NCBI GenBank assembly: GCA_963695555.1
Contig: CAVOGR010000007.1
Location: 795,216-859,215, forward strand
Source: an uncultured Gemmatimonadales bacterium
Lineage (GTDB): Bacteria; Gemmatimonadota; Gemmatimonadetes; Gemmatimonadales; GWC2-71-9
Direction: 5' to 3'
DNA: 64,000 bases
Shown here: positions 41,039 through 50,967 of the stretch, piece after piece
Position numbering within the stretch: the first letter of the stretch is position 1
How the letters are laid out: every line of letters begins with the position of its first letter
Notes under the pieces: generated by a model
Told to the model about the DNA's origin: nothing
The model's database searches: none
What the model saw: the letters and a program-made list of their open reading frames with translations, nothing else
Program-made: the position numbers and the translations under genes

Positions 41039-41655
41039 TGGCCGGGCGCCGGCGCCGGCCGGATGGGAATCACCACCCGGGTCGATTCCCATTCCAAGGT
41101 GAGATGGACCTCGTCGCCAGAGGCCGGAGCGGTACGGATAGTGAACGCTTCCACATATGAGCTGGAGGAGTCGCTGGGCACCTCCGCGTGACCGATCTCT
41201 CGCGATTGGACCGCGGGTGAGATGTCGTTACCCCAATGGAGAATCGAGGGGCTTAGTCTGACCTCCCACTTGTCCGGGCCCGGCACCGTGTACAGCGCAT
41301 AGCGACCGCGCGGAACCTGGATGCCGGCGATCGAGAGATCGGTATCGGTGTAGAGCCGGGTCGGCTCGTTGGCGCCGGTGCGCCACAGCTGGCCGAACGG
41401 AACCAGGCCGCCGAACACCGGGCGGCCACGCGCAGCGGGGCGGCCATAGCAGACCCGCACCGTACCGGACCCGACCCGGAACGTGGTGGAGGCGAGCGGG
41501 CTCGCGCGGGTGCCGTACGACGAGGGGCTGGTCCAATCCCTGAGACACGGGCCCAGCGCGATTGAGACCGGCAGGTACGCCACACCGGTCACCCCGACCA
41601 AGACACCAAGAGCCAGCGCAACAGCCGCCACGGCCAGCACCACTATCTTCTTCAT
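41035..41655 (-). CDS. DUF2911 domain protein
   Basis: YGRPAARGR, LVPFGQLWRTGANE, GRYALYTVP. Confidence 0.85.
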   Translation of the reverse strand: MKKIVVLAVAAVALALGVLVGVTGVAYLPVSIALGPCLRDWTSPSSYGTRASPLASTTFRVGSGTVRVCYGRPAARGRPVFGGLVPFGQLWRTGANEPTRLYTDTDLSIAGIQVPRGRYALYTVPGPDKWEVRLSPSILHWGNDISPAVQSREIGHAEVPSDSSSSYVEAFTIRTAPASGDEVHLTLEWESTRVVIPIRPAPAPGQ

Positions 41656-42341
41656 TCTGCAATCCCCACATGATCCCGAGCCCACGCCGCCATGGAGTCC
41701 CCCAGTTCTTCCAATACGTCTTCGTCTTGCCGGCCCGACCGTTTGAGCACATGAAACGAATGGTCGGCGCCCTCGACCACGTGCAATGTGGCCCGCTCAC
41801 CAAGCGACCGGGCAAGCGGCTCGAGCAGCGTCAGGTCGGCCAAGGTGTCCCGGGTGCCTTGCAGAAAGAGCATGGGCACCGGCACCGCGGCCAAGTGTGC
41901 TCCCCGTTCCGTCGAGGGCTTCTTGCCCGCCGCGTGGAGCGGGAATCCGAGGAACGCGAGCCCCACGACCTCCTCAATCGGCGCCTCGGCCATGGCCAGT
42001 GACGTCATCCGCCCGCCCATCGACTTCCCTCCCGCGATGACCGGAAGGCCGGGACCGGTGCGGGCCGCTTCGCGGGCCGCGGCCCGAACGGTGGCGAGTA
42101 GCGTCGGCCGCGCGTCGGGGCGGCGGCTGCCGCGTTCCATATAGGGAAACTGATACCGGAAGGTCGCGACGCCGCGCCGGGCGAGTACCGCGGTCATCGC
42201 CGCCATGAACCGGTGCCGCATGCCGGCTCCCGCGCCATGCCCGAACAGGTACAACCAGCGCGCCCCATCCGGCTGGACCACGAGGCCGGAGACCTCCACG
42301 CCGTCCGCGTCAAAGCGTATCTCCCGCGGCTCGAGCCCCAT
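41652..42341 (-). CDS. Alpha/beta hydrolase family protein
   Basis: HGAGAGM, GGKSMGGR, QGTRD, GADHSF. Confidence 0.88.
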   Translation of the reverse strand: MGLEPREIRFDADGVEVSGLVVQPDGARWLYLFGHGAGAGMRHRFMAAMTAVLARRGVATFRYQFPYMERGSRRPDARPTLLATVRAAAREAARTGPGLPVIAGGKSMGGRMTSLAMAEAPIEEVVGLAFLGFPLHAAGKKPSTERGAHLAAVPVPMLFLQGTRDTLADLTLLEPLARSLGERATLHVVEGADHSFHVLKRSGRQDEDVLEELGDSMAAWARDHVGIAE

Positions 42342-42349
42342 GGCGGATA

Positions 42350-42691
42350 CTACTTCTTCCGCCGGGCCCGCGCGGTTCGCGCCACGGCGACCGCCTTGGC
42401 GACCCAGCCGTCGAGGGTCTCAGCGTCTTCCAGCACATCCGGCGGAACCTCGTAGTACTGCATGGCGGCTCCGTCGTATCCCGTTGGCCTGAACGGCCCC
42501 ATTCCGGCGGCTTCGAAATCCGGCCGATTGGTATCGTCCACTTTGAAGTAGAGCCGGTTGTTGTCCATCACCGCGAAAAAGAGCCCACCGGCGTAAATCC
42601 CCACGCCGCCGAACATCCGCCGCGCGCTGACCGGCGTAACCCGGCCGAGCTGGTCAAGGGCAAACTCGCGGAAGGCGTCGCTCACGCTCAT
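42350..42691 (-). CDS. TfoX/Sxy N-terminal domain protein
   Basis: RRMFGGVGIY, LYFKVD, MQYYEVP. Confidence 0.88.
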   Translation of the reverse strand: MSVSDAFREFALDQLGRVTPVSARRMFGGVGIYAGGLFFAVMDNNRLYFKVDDTNRPDFEAAGMGPFRPTGYDGAAMQYYEVPPDVLEDAETLDGWVAKAVAVARTARARRKK

Positions 42692-43164
42692 GTCTCGATG
42701 TCCTCGATATCGGCCAGATCAACCGGGCGCTGGAGGCGGCGCTTGTAGGCAAGCAGCCGCTCCCGCGTGATGACCGGCACCCGGAGGCCGAATATTTCCT
42801 TCAGCTCAGCCGCTCCCAGGTCCACCGGCTCTGGGGCCCACCGCCCGGTCGCCTCATCACGGATGCGGACGTCCTCGGCGGCTCCCAACTCGATGCATTG
42901 GCCGGCGTATTCGAGCTTCATGAACGTGATGTCCCAGTGGGCGCTGACCGCGCGCTCGGGGCCAGCGGTCACGAACTCCGATGCCGCTCGGGCAATGTCG
43001 GGCAATCGTTCGCCGGGGACGTAGAAATCGATATCGGCGAGCTCGCGGCGGCCGCCATAGGCGCGAGCCGCGAGTCCGCCGACGAGCAGGAAGGGAACGG
43101 CCTGATCTTCCAGCAGCCCCACGATCCAGCGGAAGGCCCGTTCGGGGTCCCGCCTGTCCGTCAC
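42688..43164 (-). CDS. Nucleotidyltransferase-like protein
   Basis: VGGLAARAYG..RELADIDF; YK..LQRPVDLAD. Confidence 0.7.
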   Translation of the reverse strand: MTDRRDPERAFRWIVGLLEDQAVPFLLVGGLAARAYGGRRELADIDFYVPGERLPDIARAASEFVTAGPERAVSAHWDITFMKLEYAGQCIELGAAEDVRIRDEATGRWAPEPVDLGAAELKEIFGLRVPVITRERLLAYKRRLQRPVDLADIEDIET

Positions 43165-43193
43165 GATGGGTCGTGGGGCTCGATGGTCGGGCG

Positions 43194-43364
43194 TTAGGCC
43201 ATGCCCGACATGTCGCCCTGAAGCAGCCGGTTCCAGGACCATTCCGGGCCCTTCCGGCCGCCCTTGGGCGTGATCTTGAGTCCGGCGGGGGAGATCTGGA
43301 CGGTGTACAACTGGTCGCCGATGGCGATTTCGCGCTTGATCACCTTGTCGAGTTTGGTCGTCAT
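43194..43364 (-). CDS. Small hypothetical protein (56 aa)
   Basis: MTTKLDKVIKREIAIG...KGGRKG..SW; strongly coding-like codons; purine-rich SD. Confidence 0.65.
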   Translation of the reverse strand: MTTKLDKVIKREIAIGDQLYTVQISPAGLKITPKGGRKGPEWSWNRLLQGDMSGMA

Positions 43365-43549
43365 GGAACCCTTCCCGTTCTGAGTGCGTTGAATCCTGCT
43401 CCTGCCAAGACGGCCGGATGAGGCTGGGGGGAAGCTAGAGAAATGGGGGCCCCGACACCAGACCCCTCCCGGATACGGCCTCCCGGGCGGGTTCGCGGCC
43501 TCCCGACCGTGCAAGTCTTTTCACTGGGCTCGGAAATGCCGGACTGGGG

Positions 43550-44083
43550 CTACTTCCGCTCGTCGAGCACCGGCAAATAGGCGCCCCAGGGGCCTACCTC
43601 GAGGGCGTATTGCCTGGCCAGGACCCGCGCGATCTGCAGGACATGGCTCTGGTCGTGCACCACCCAGGTGGCCAAGAGCTGCCTCAAGGTGACCGGTCCG
43701 AGCTCGGGGTGGCGCCCCGGTAATGCGAGCTGGGCCCGGTCGAGGTTCCAAGCCCCGACCGTCCGCAGGTTGTCCCGTCTGAGCGCGCCAAACTCCTCGA
43801 GCAGCGCCCCGATCGGCCGGTTGGGCCGGTCGAACTGCGCCAGCCGGTCGAACGGCTCGAACGTGGGCGGATCCCCGGCCGGCGCCGAGAGAATGAGCCG
43901 GGCCCGCGGCACCCAATCGGTCCGCTCGCCATGGATCAGGTGCCCGACGATGGTGTACGTGCTCCAGGAATCGCCGCCCTCGGTTGCGTGGAGCCCGTCG
44001 TCAGGCAAACCCGCGACCAGCGCATCGAGCACCGATGGGGTTTGGCCCAGCAGGCGGAGGGCTTCCGCGAGCCTGAACTCCAT
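43550..44083 (-). CDS. DinB family protein
   Basis: VGHLIHGE..DW..R, HPELG, WVVHDQSH. Confidence 0.88.
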   Translation of the reverse strand: MEFRLAEALRLLGQTPSVLDALVAGLPDDGLHATEGGDSWSTYTIVGHLIHGERTDWVPRARLILSAPAGDPPTFEPFDRLAQFDRPNRPIGALLEEFGALRRDNLRTVGAWNLDRAQLALPGRHPELGPVTLRQLLATWVVHDQSHVLQIARVLARQYALEVGPWGAYLPVLDERK

Positions 44084-44091
44084 GACCAGGC

Positions 44092-44577
44092 TCAGCCGCT
44101 TCGCGGCGGGACCGAGCAACTGGCCAGGCCGTGCTTTTCGAGGTAGCGCTGGTGGTATTCCTCGGCCCGGTAGAATGTCGTGGCCGGAGTGATTTCGGTG
44201 ACGATGGGCCGGGTGAACCGCCCGCTCTCTCCCACGGCCCGTTTGGAACTCGCAGCAAGCTCGGCCTGCTCGGGCGTGTGATAGAAGATGGCCGAGCGAT
44301 ACTGCGCCCCAACGTCGGGCCCCTGGCGATTGAGGGTGGTTGGGTCGTGGCTCTGCCAGAACACGTCGAGCAGCTCAGCATAGGACACGACGGCAGGATC
44401 GAATTCGACCTGTACTACTTCGGCGTGACCTGTCTTACCGCTGCACACATCTTCATAGGTCGGGTTCTCGAGATGGCCGCCCAAGTAGCCCGCGGCAGCG
44501 CCGGTGACGCCATTCACCTGCCGGAACGCCACCTCGACCCCCCAGAAGCATCCCGCGCCAAAGGTTGCCAGTGCCAT
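44092..44577 (-). CDS. msrA: Peptide methionine sulfoxide reductase A
   Basis: [31 protein letters not shown]. Confidence 0.96.
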   Translation of the reverse strand: MALATFGAGCFWGVEVAFRQVNGVTGAAAGYLGGHLENPTYEDVCSGKTGHAEVVQVEFDPAVVSYAELLDVFWQSHDPTTLNRQGPDVGAQYRSAIFYHTPEQAELAASSKRAVGESGRFTRPIVTEITPATTFYRAEEYHQRYLEKHGLASCSVPPRSG

Positions 44578-44634
44578 CGCTGAGTGCTCCCGTCTCGTAG
44601 GCCGCCGCCCGGCGGGCGGCCGTGGTTGGATGGA

Positions 44635-45087
44635 TTATCCCTCGCTCTGCCCGCTCGACGCAATGCCACCCGCACGAGCGGGCGATGAATCGTCCGGTTT
44701 GGGCGGAGCCCGGTTTGCCATACGCTCAAACCAATTATCCCGATAGAAGTTCCCGCGTCGGAACACGGCCAGCAGGCTCGCCGCCAGGTAGGCGGGCAGG
44801 AAGAGCGGCCCCCATTGCTCGCACTGCCGAACGTGGGCCCGCTCGTGAGCCCGGGTTCGCTCCGCGCACTGATCGTCCCGGGCCAGCACCACATGGCCCA
44901 GGGTCAGGGCCGAGACCCCGCCTCGCAAAACGGTGACCCGGCGGAGGACCGCGCCGAGCAGTCCGCCGCTGGCCTCAACGACGCCGCCGACCACCGTTAC
45001 CCGTCCCGCTCCGACCCAGGCGAGAGGCACGAGCATGAGTCCGAGACAAGTAACCGGCCCAGCCCAGAGATAGCGAAACAGTTTCAT
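44635..45087 (-). CDS. Hypothetical protein with HExxH motif
   Basis: LTLGHVV, HERAHVRQ, YRDNWFE. Confidence 0.7.
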   Translation of the reverse strand: MKLFRYLWAGPVTCLGLMLVPLAWVGAGRVTVVGGVVEASGGLLGAVLRRVTVLRGGVSALTLGHVVLARDDQCAERTRAHERAHVRQCEQWGPLFLPAYLAASLLAVFRRGNFYRDNWFERMANRAPPKPDDSSPARAGGIASSGQSEG

Positions 45088-45219
45088 GAAGCGGCCTCAG
45101 CACTCGCTGAACACTTTTTCCACCATTAGTTTACATGGATCGCGTTCGGGCGTGCTCGATGCCTTGTGCACTCTCCCCGGGCGCTTTTATACCGAACGTA
45201 TACCAAAAACAGGCCGAAA

Positions 45220-46107
45220 ATGAACCGAATACGGGTCGCATCACTTCAGTATTTCATCCGTCCTGTCCTCAAGTTCGAGGACTTCCAGGCCCAGGTAGAG
45301 GCCCTGATCGAGACGGCGGCCGACTACAAGTGCGACCTGGTGGTGTTCCCCGAGTACTTCACGGTCCAGCTCCTCACCCTCGGCAACGTCAAGCGCCCCA
45401 TCATGGAGCAGATCCGGGATCTGGCCCGGCAGGTGCCGCGTTACCTCGAGCTGTTCACCCAGCTGTCGCGGCAGCACGGGATCTATGTGGTGGGCGGCAC
45501 CATCCCCGTCATGGACGACGGCGACGACCGGGTGTTCAACCAGTGCTACTTCTTCTCGCCGAATGGGGCTGTGGGCGTCCAGGGCAAGCTCCACATGACC
45601 CGGTTCGAGGTGGAGGACTGGAAGATCTCGCAGCGGAACAAGCTCAGGGTGTTCGAGACGCCCTTCGGGCGCGTGGCCATCACGATCTGTTATGACGTCG
45701 AGTTCCCCGAGATCGCCCGCACCGCAGCCCGACTCGGCGCGCACATCCTGGTCGTGCCGAGCTGCACCGACGACCGGCAGGGCTACCTCAGGGTCCGATA
45801 CTGCGCCCACGCCCGGAGCATCGAGAACCAGATGTACGTGATCACGTCGCACACGGTGGGATCGCTGCCGATGGTCCCGGCGGTGCACCTGAACTATGGC
45901 CAGGCGGCGATCCTCACGCCCAGCGATTTCCAGTTCTCCCGCGATGGTATTCTCGCCGAGGGGAACCCGAATCAGGAAATGATGATCATCGGTGAGCTCA
46001 ACCTAGAGACCATCGAGACCACCCGGACCACCGGCACCGTGCTGCCGCTCGAGGATTCCAAGCGAACGGCAGAGCTCATAGCCGCGCCGGAGATCGTGAC
46101 GCTATGA
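45220..46107 (+). CDS. Carbon-nitrogen hydrolase (nitrilase superfamily)
   Basis: VFPEYF, KLH, ICYDVEFPE (E-K-C triad). Confidence 0.92.
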   Translation: MNRIRVASLQYFIRPVLKFEDFQAQVEALIETAADYKCDLVVFPEYFTVQLLTLGNVKRPIMEQIRDLARQVPRYLELFTQLSRQHGIYVVGGTIPVMDDGDDRVFNQCYFFSPNGAVGVQGKLHMTRFEVEDWKISQRNKLRVFETPFGRVAITICYDVEFPEIARTAARLGAHILVVPSCTDDRQGYLRVRYCAHARSIENQMYVITSHTVGSLPMVPAVHLNYGQAAILTPSDFQFSRDGILAEGNPNQEMMIIGELNLETIETTRTTGTVLPLEDSKRTAELIAAPEIVTL

Positions 46108-46793
46108 AGCAGCCACCGTCAGTTCGGGTTCGACCAACAAGGCACGAGGACTTCCCCGGAATCATCGCGCTCTGCCGGGCGACGTATCTGGAGAGCCTGC
46201 CGTGGGGGGAGGAGCAACTCACCTCGCACCTCGAAGTGTTCCCCGAGGGCCAGCTGGTGGCATTGGACTCACAGAGCGGCGAGATCGTGGGAACGACGGC
46301 CAGTCTCATCGTGCTGTGGGATGACTACGACATCGACACGAATTGGCGGGACATGACCGACCACGGCATGTTCACCAACCACGACCCGGAGGGCCACACC
46401 CTCTACGGTGCCGAGGTCATGGTACATCCCGAGCGGCGCCGCATGGGCATCGGTCGCGCGCTCTATCAAGCGCGCCGAGACCTGGTCAGGCGTCTCCGAC
46501 TGCTCAGGATCCGGGCCGGCGCCCGGCTCCGCGGCTACGGGAAGTACGCCGCACAAATGAGCGTCGAGGAGTATGTGCTCCAAGTCATCGAGAGACGCAT
46601 CGCCGATCCTACCCTGACTTTCCAGCTCAGGGAGCGATTCCGGGTGCTCGCGGTCGTTTCCGGATACCTGCAGCACGACCCGGAGAGTCTGGGACATGCG
46701 GCCGTGATCGAGTGGCTCAACCACGACGTGGCCAAGCCCAAGCACTACGCGCGCCGCAATCGGCTGTTCCTGCGCCGGCGGGCGGTGCACTAG
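46104..46793 (+). CDS. GNAT family N-acetyltransferase
   Basis: FPEGQLVA, LYGAEVMVHPERRRMGIGRALY; ATGA overlap with upstream gene. Confidence 0.9.
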   Translation: MKQPPSVRVRPTRHEDFPGIIALCRATYLESLPWGEEQLTSHLEVFPEGQLVALDSQSGEIVGTTASLIVLWDDYDIDTNWRDMTDHGMFTNHDPEGHTLYGAEVMVHPERRRMGIGRALYQARRDLVRRLRLLRIRAGARLRGYGKYAAQMSVEEYVLQVIERRIADPTLTFQLRERFRVLAVVSGYLQHDPESLGHAAVIEWLNHDVAKPKHYARRNRLFLRRRAVH

Positions 46794-47108
46794 CGGCGGC
46801 CTGCTCGCTTGCCGCCGGGAGGCGTTAGTTTTCGTGGCACCTCCACGAGGAGCGATCATGAGCAGGGATGCCGGTGCATGTCTGCGCGCTTCAGACTGCG
46901 TGCTCGCCGCGCTCAGGCACGTGCTGCTGAGGAGATTCCTCCCCAGGAACGCCCGTCCGGGAATCTTTGCCCCACCCAACTGACGGCGCGGATGCAGCCG
47001 CGCAAAAACCCTGACATACCAATGACGACCGAGCCGCGCGGGCACCAGCCGCGTGGCGAGTGACTCTGCAGCAGGCCCTCGAATCCACTGACGTGGTGGG
47101 GAGGCGAC

Positions 47109-48411
47109 ATGGCGAAGATATCCGTTCCGGCCGACCAGGTATTCCCGACGCTCGAGAGCAACATCCTGGTCGACGGCTTCCATATCGTGATCGACCTGGA
47201 GCAATCGCATGGCACGACGATGGTCGATGCCCTGACCGGCAAGGAGTACCTCGACTGCTACTCCTACTTCGCATCGCTGCCGATCGGGCACAATCACCCG
47301 AAGATGGCAGACGAGGCCTTTCGGTCGTCGCTCATGACCGCGGCGCTCAGCAACCCGGCCAACAGCGACGTCTACAGCCGGGAGTTCGCGGCCTTCGTCA
47401 AGACGTTCCGGGAGATCGCGGTCCCGCCGGAGTTCCGCTACCTGTTCTTCATTGCCGGCGGCGCGCTGGCGGTGGAGAACGCCATGAAGGCGGCGTTCGA
47501 TTGGAAGGTGCAGCACAACCGGGCCCGTGGCATCGAAGGCGGCGGCAAGGATCCTACATTTCCGCGACGCGTTCCACGGACGGAGCGGCTATACGCTGTC
47601 GGTCACCAATACCGATCCGGTCAAGATCGCCGACTTCCCCAAGTTCGACTGGCCGCGCATCTCGAACCCCACGCTCCGGTTCCCGGTCGATGGCGCGACG
47701 GCCCAGGCCGCCGAAGACCAGGCACTGCGCGAGATCGACGCGGCATTTCGCCGAGACCCGCACGGCATCGCCGCCATCCTGATCGAGCCGATCCAGTGCG
47801 AGGGCGGTGACAATCACTTCCGTCCCGAGTTCTTTCAACGCCTGCGGAAGGTCGCGGACGAACGCCAGGCACTGCTCATTTTCGACGAGGTTCAGACGGG
47901 CATGGGTGTCACCGGCACGATGTGGGCATTCCAGCAGCTCGGCGTGGTGCCCGATCTGGTCGCGTTCGGCAAGAAGACGCAGGTCTGCGGCATCATGAGC
48001 ACCACCCGCATCGACGAGGTCGAGAAGAACGTGTTCCACGTCTCGGGTCGGATCAACTCGACCTGGGGCGGGAATCTGGTGGATATGGTTCGCTGCGCCC
48101 GCTATCTCGAGATCATGCGGCAGGACCGCCTGGTCGAGAACGCGGCCACGATCGGCACGATGTTCAAACAGGAGCTGGAGGCGGTCGAAGCCGACTTCCC
48201 CTACATCACCAACGTGCGAGGCCGCGGTTTACTCCTGGCGTTCGATCTGCCGGACGGGAAGAGCCGGAATGACCTTCGCCAACGCTGTTGGGATGCTGGG
48301 TTCGCGACATTGACGTGCGGCCCTCGGTCGCTCCGCTTCAGGCCGTCGCTGGCGTTCACCGAGGAGGATGTCGCCGAGGCAATCCGGTTGCTGCGTTCGG
48401 TGTTGACGTAG
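47109..48411 (+). CDS. lat: L-lysine 6-transaminase (class III aminotransferase), one apparent frameshift near 47550
   Basis: GALAVENAMKAAFDWK, then in the next frame AFHGRSGYTLS, EPIQCEGGD, DEVQTG, FGKKTQV, STWGGN. Confidence 0.85.
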
Positions 48412-48424
48412 GCCCGGCGGACGC

Positions 48425-49246
48425 TCAGCAGCCGCGGGTCGCGTACCATACGGCCGGCCGGCCGGCCTCGGTCAGGTACCGGAGCCAGGCCGTCGTCTCC
48501 CGAACCAGCGCATCGGGGTCACCGCAGCCGGTGGGAGTCCGGATGCGGGCGTGCATCCAGGGGCCATCGAACGCAATCGCCTCCACCTCGAAGTTGAAGC
48601 TCCCACCCTCACTCCGCGCCAGATCCAGTTGGATGGGCGCGCCACCCGGGCCGTCGGCGAATTCCGGCTCCAGTTCGTCCGCGTTCCAGAGGAAGCCGCC
48701 CATCTCGCGAAAGTGATCCGGCCAGAGCACCCACTCGGTTCGCCCGGCGTCGAGCACGACCCAGCCGCGCTCCGGAGTGCTGTCACGACCGAAACCGAAG
48801 ATCACACGCGCCCAATTATTCGACGAGGTCAGGCTGTCGAGCGGCAGTCCGACGCTTTCGTAGCCGACCTCGAGCGAGTTGTCGGTCATTCCTTCGGTGG
48901 ACACTTCCATGCGGTAGCACCAGGAGTACTCCGGCACGGAGCGCAGGATGTAGCGCGCGATGATGGGCGCCTCATTACCCGGTGCGGCACGAATCGTCAT
49001 CGTGTCGCTCCGCCGGCCGACCACCGAGTCCGGGAAGGTGACCACCCCGATGCCCCGGTCGATCGGAGCTATCGTCGCCCGCCACGCGGCGCGGTAACCC
49101 GCCCCGGAATCGCACGGGTCGCGCATGACCGCGGTGGAGCGCTGGGCAACGAGGCCTGCCTGTTGGGGCAGCGGCACGTCGTGAGCCGGCCGGTCGCCCG
49201 GCGTACAGGCAACGACAGCGAGAGCCAGGAGCGACGTGCGATGCAT
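48425..49246 (-). CDS. Hypothetical lipoprotein
   Basis: LAVVAC lipobox; long ORF ending WYATRGC. Confidence 0.65.
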   Translation of the reverse strand: MHRTSLLALAVVACTPGDRPAHDVPLPQQAGLVAQRSTAVMRDPCDSGAGYRAAWRATIAPIDRGIGVVTFPDSVVGRRSDTMTIRAAPGNEAPIIARYILRSVPEYSWCYRMEVSTEGMTDNSLEVGYESVGLPLDSLTSSNNWARVIFGFGRDSTPERGWVVLDAGRTEWVLWPDHFREMGGFLWNADELEPEFADGPGGAPIQLDLARSEGGSFNFEVEAIAFDGPWMHARIRTPTGCGDPDALVRETTAWLRYLTEAGRPAVWYATRGC

Positions 49247-49271
49247 AAGGGTCACAAGTACACTCCGGGAA

Positions 49272-49580
49272 TCAGATGAGCATGCCGCGAGCGAGGGCAC
49301 GGAATAGGTAGAAGAGGGCCACCGAGCCGGCGAGCACGGTCGCGGCCAGCAGTAGTGGATCGCGCCCCCGCCCTTGCCCCCGCCCCCGTCCCTGGTACCA
49401 GAACGCGAGCCCGGTCAGGAACATGCCCAGACTGAGCATGATCGCGGGGAGCAAGAGCGGTGCTGCGGCCCAGGCGCCCCAGCCATCGTACCGCCCGACG
49501 TACCAGAGCGCCACGAAATGAAGCAGGAGCGGCAGGGGGGAGGTCCAGAGGAAGACCCGGCGGCCTCGCTCAGCGGTCAC
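49272..49580 (-). CDS. Small hypothetical membrane protein
   Basis: Three hydrophobic segments; GTG overlaps the upstream stop. Confidence 0.6.
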   Translation of the reverse strand: MTAERGRRVFLWTSPLPLLLHFVALWYVGRYDGWGAWAAAPLLLPAIMLSLGMFLTGLAFWYQGRGRGQGRGRDPLLLAATVLAGSVALFYLFRALARGMLI

Positions 49581-49849
49581 CGGCCGGGACCCAGGCGCTC
49601 GCGCGCCATCTGCTCGACCGCCCGCTTGGCTTCCTGGAGGCCGGTGCCGAAGTGTTGTCGGTGATGCTTGATCGCCTGGATCTTGTGGCCCGACCTGAGG
49701 AGCCGGAGGATGGTCTCTTCGGGATCGGCGGAGGGAAGAGCCGAGTCCCGACTGGGTGGCAAGGAGGTTCGTTCCTCCCGCCGCGACCGGGTCAGCAGCC
49801 ACAAGACCAGCCCGATGAACAGCGCGGTGAGGACGATCTTCATGGCCAA
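49577..49849 (-). CDS. Membrane-anchored protein with ribosomal L7/L12 C-terminal-like domain
   Basis: N-terminal TM; KIQAIK..R..G.GLQEAK.AVE motif. Confidence 0.65.
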   Translation of the reverse strand: MAMKIVLTALFIGLVLWLLTRSRREERTSLPPSRDSALPSADPEETILRLLRSGHKIQAIKHHRQHFGTGLQEAKRAVEQMARERLGPGR

Positions 49850-50051
49850 GACTCTCGAAGGTGAGTGTGACGGATCGATCGGCCGAGGCCGGTGCCTCGA
49901 TCAAAGGTAACAACCAGCTCGCCGCTGCATGGTGCCCGTGAGCCTGTGGAGTGGCCGAGATATAGGTGGCGCTCTGCTGGCAATCGTTCTACCCTTTTCT
50001 TCTATCGGCCGCCTGTGATGACCACCCGACCCGCGAGCCGGAGGCGATTAC

Positions 50052-50954
50052 TTGACTGCGCCTAGCGAATCGAAACCAGCGAGCCCCACCCTGCTCGTGC
50101 TCGCGGCCGGGCTCTCCAGCCGGTACGGCTCGCTCAAGCAGCTGGCGGGGATCGGCCCCGGCGGGGAGACGCTGCTCGAGTATGCCGTGTTCGATGCCCT
50201 TCGGGCCGGGTTCGATCGGGTGGTGATCATCGCGCAGCCAGCATTCCGCCCGGCGCTCGAGCAACGCCTCGAGCGTGCCCCGTGTCCCGTCACCATCTGC
50301 GAACAACCTGCGGACGGGCTGCCGCCGGGCCGCCGGAAGCCGTGGGGCACCGCGCATGCGGTCCTCGCCGCGGAGGCCAGTCTGCCCCACCCGTTTGCCG
50401 TGATCAACGCCGACGATTTTTACGGCCAGAAGGCGTACCAGTTACTCGGCGACTTCCTTCGAACCGACCCGCACGAGCCCACTCCGGTGTTCGCCCTGGT
50501 GGGCTATCGCCTGCGCGATACCCTGTCCGACGTGGGGGGCGTTGGGCGTGCCGTCTGCCGGCACCTGAACCAACGGCTGACGACAATCGCCGAGGTGACC
50601 GAAGTCCGCGAGACCACGAGCGGCATCACGGGCCGCGGCGAGGATGGCGAGGCCCTTCGCCTGACCGGCGAGGAAACCATTTCGATGAATGCTTGGGGCT
50701 TCACACCGGCCCTGTTTCTTCTCCTCAAACACCGGTTCGACGCCTTCCGAAGCGAGCATGGGCAGGACACCGACGCCGAATTCCGGCTGAGCACCGAGGT
50801 GAACGGCTTGGTGCGGGCGGGCGAGGCGGCGGTCGAGATCTTGCCGACGACCGGGACGTGGACCGGCATGACCCATGCGGGTGACCATGCCCGGGTCCAG
50901 GCATTCATGGCGGAGCAGGTGGCGGCAGGGCGGTATCCCCCTTCCCTCTTTTAG
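50052..50954 (+). CDS. Sugar-phosphate nucleotidyltransferase family protein
   Basis: LAAGLSSRYGSLKQ, KPWGTAHA, INADDFYG, SMNAWGF. Confidence 0.88.
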   Translation: MTAPSESKPASPTLLVLAAGLSSRYGSLKQLAGIGPGGETLLEYAVFDALRAGFDRVVIIAQPAFRPALEQRLERAPCPVTICEQPADGLPPGRRKPWGTAHAVLAAEASLPHPFAVINADDFYGQKAYQLLGDFLRTDPHEPTPVFALVGYRLRDTLSDVGGVGRAVCRHLNQRLTTIAEVTEVRETTSGITGRGEDGEALRLTGEETISMNAWGFTPALFLLLKHRFDAFRSEHGQDTDAEFRLSTEVNGLVRAGEAAVEILPTTGTWTGMTHAGDHARVQAFMAEQVAAGRYPPSLF

Positions 50955-50967
50955 CGCCGGGTAGCTC

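Noticed and set aside
49577..49849. Ribosomal protein rplL
   Set aside because: It has an N-terminal TM helix, only a short L7/L12-like motif, and is not in the rplJ-rpoB context.
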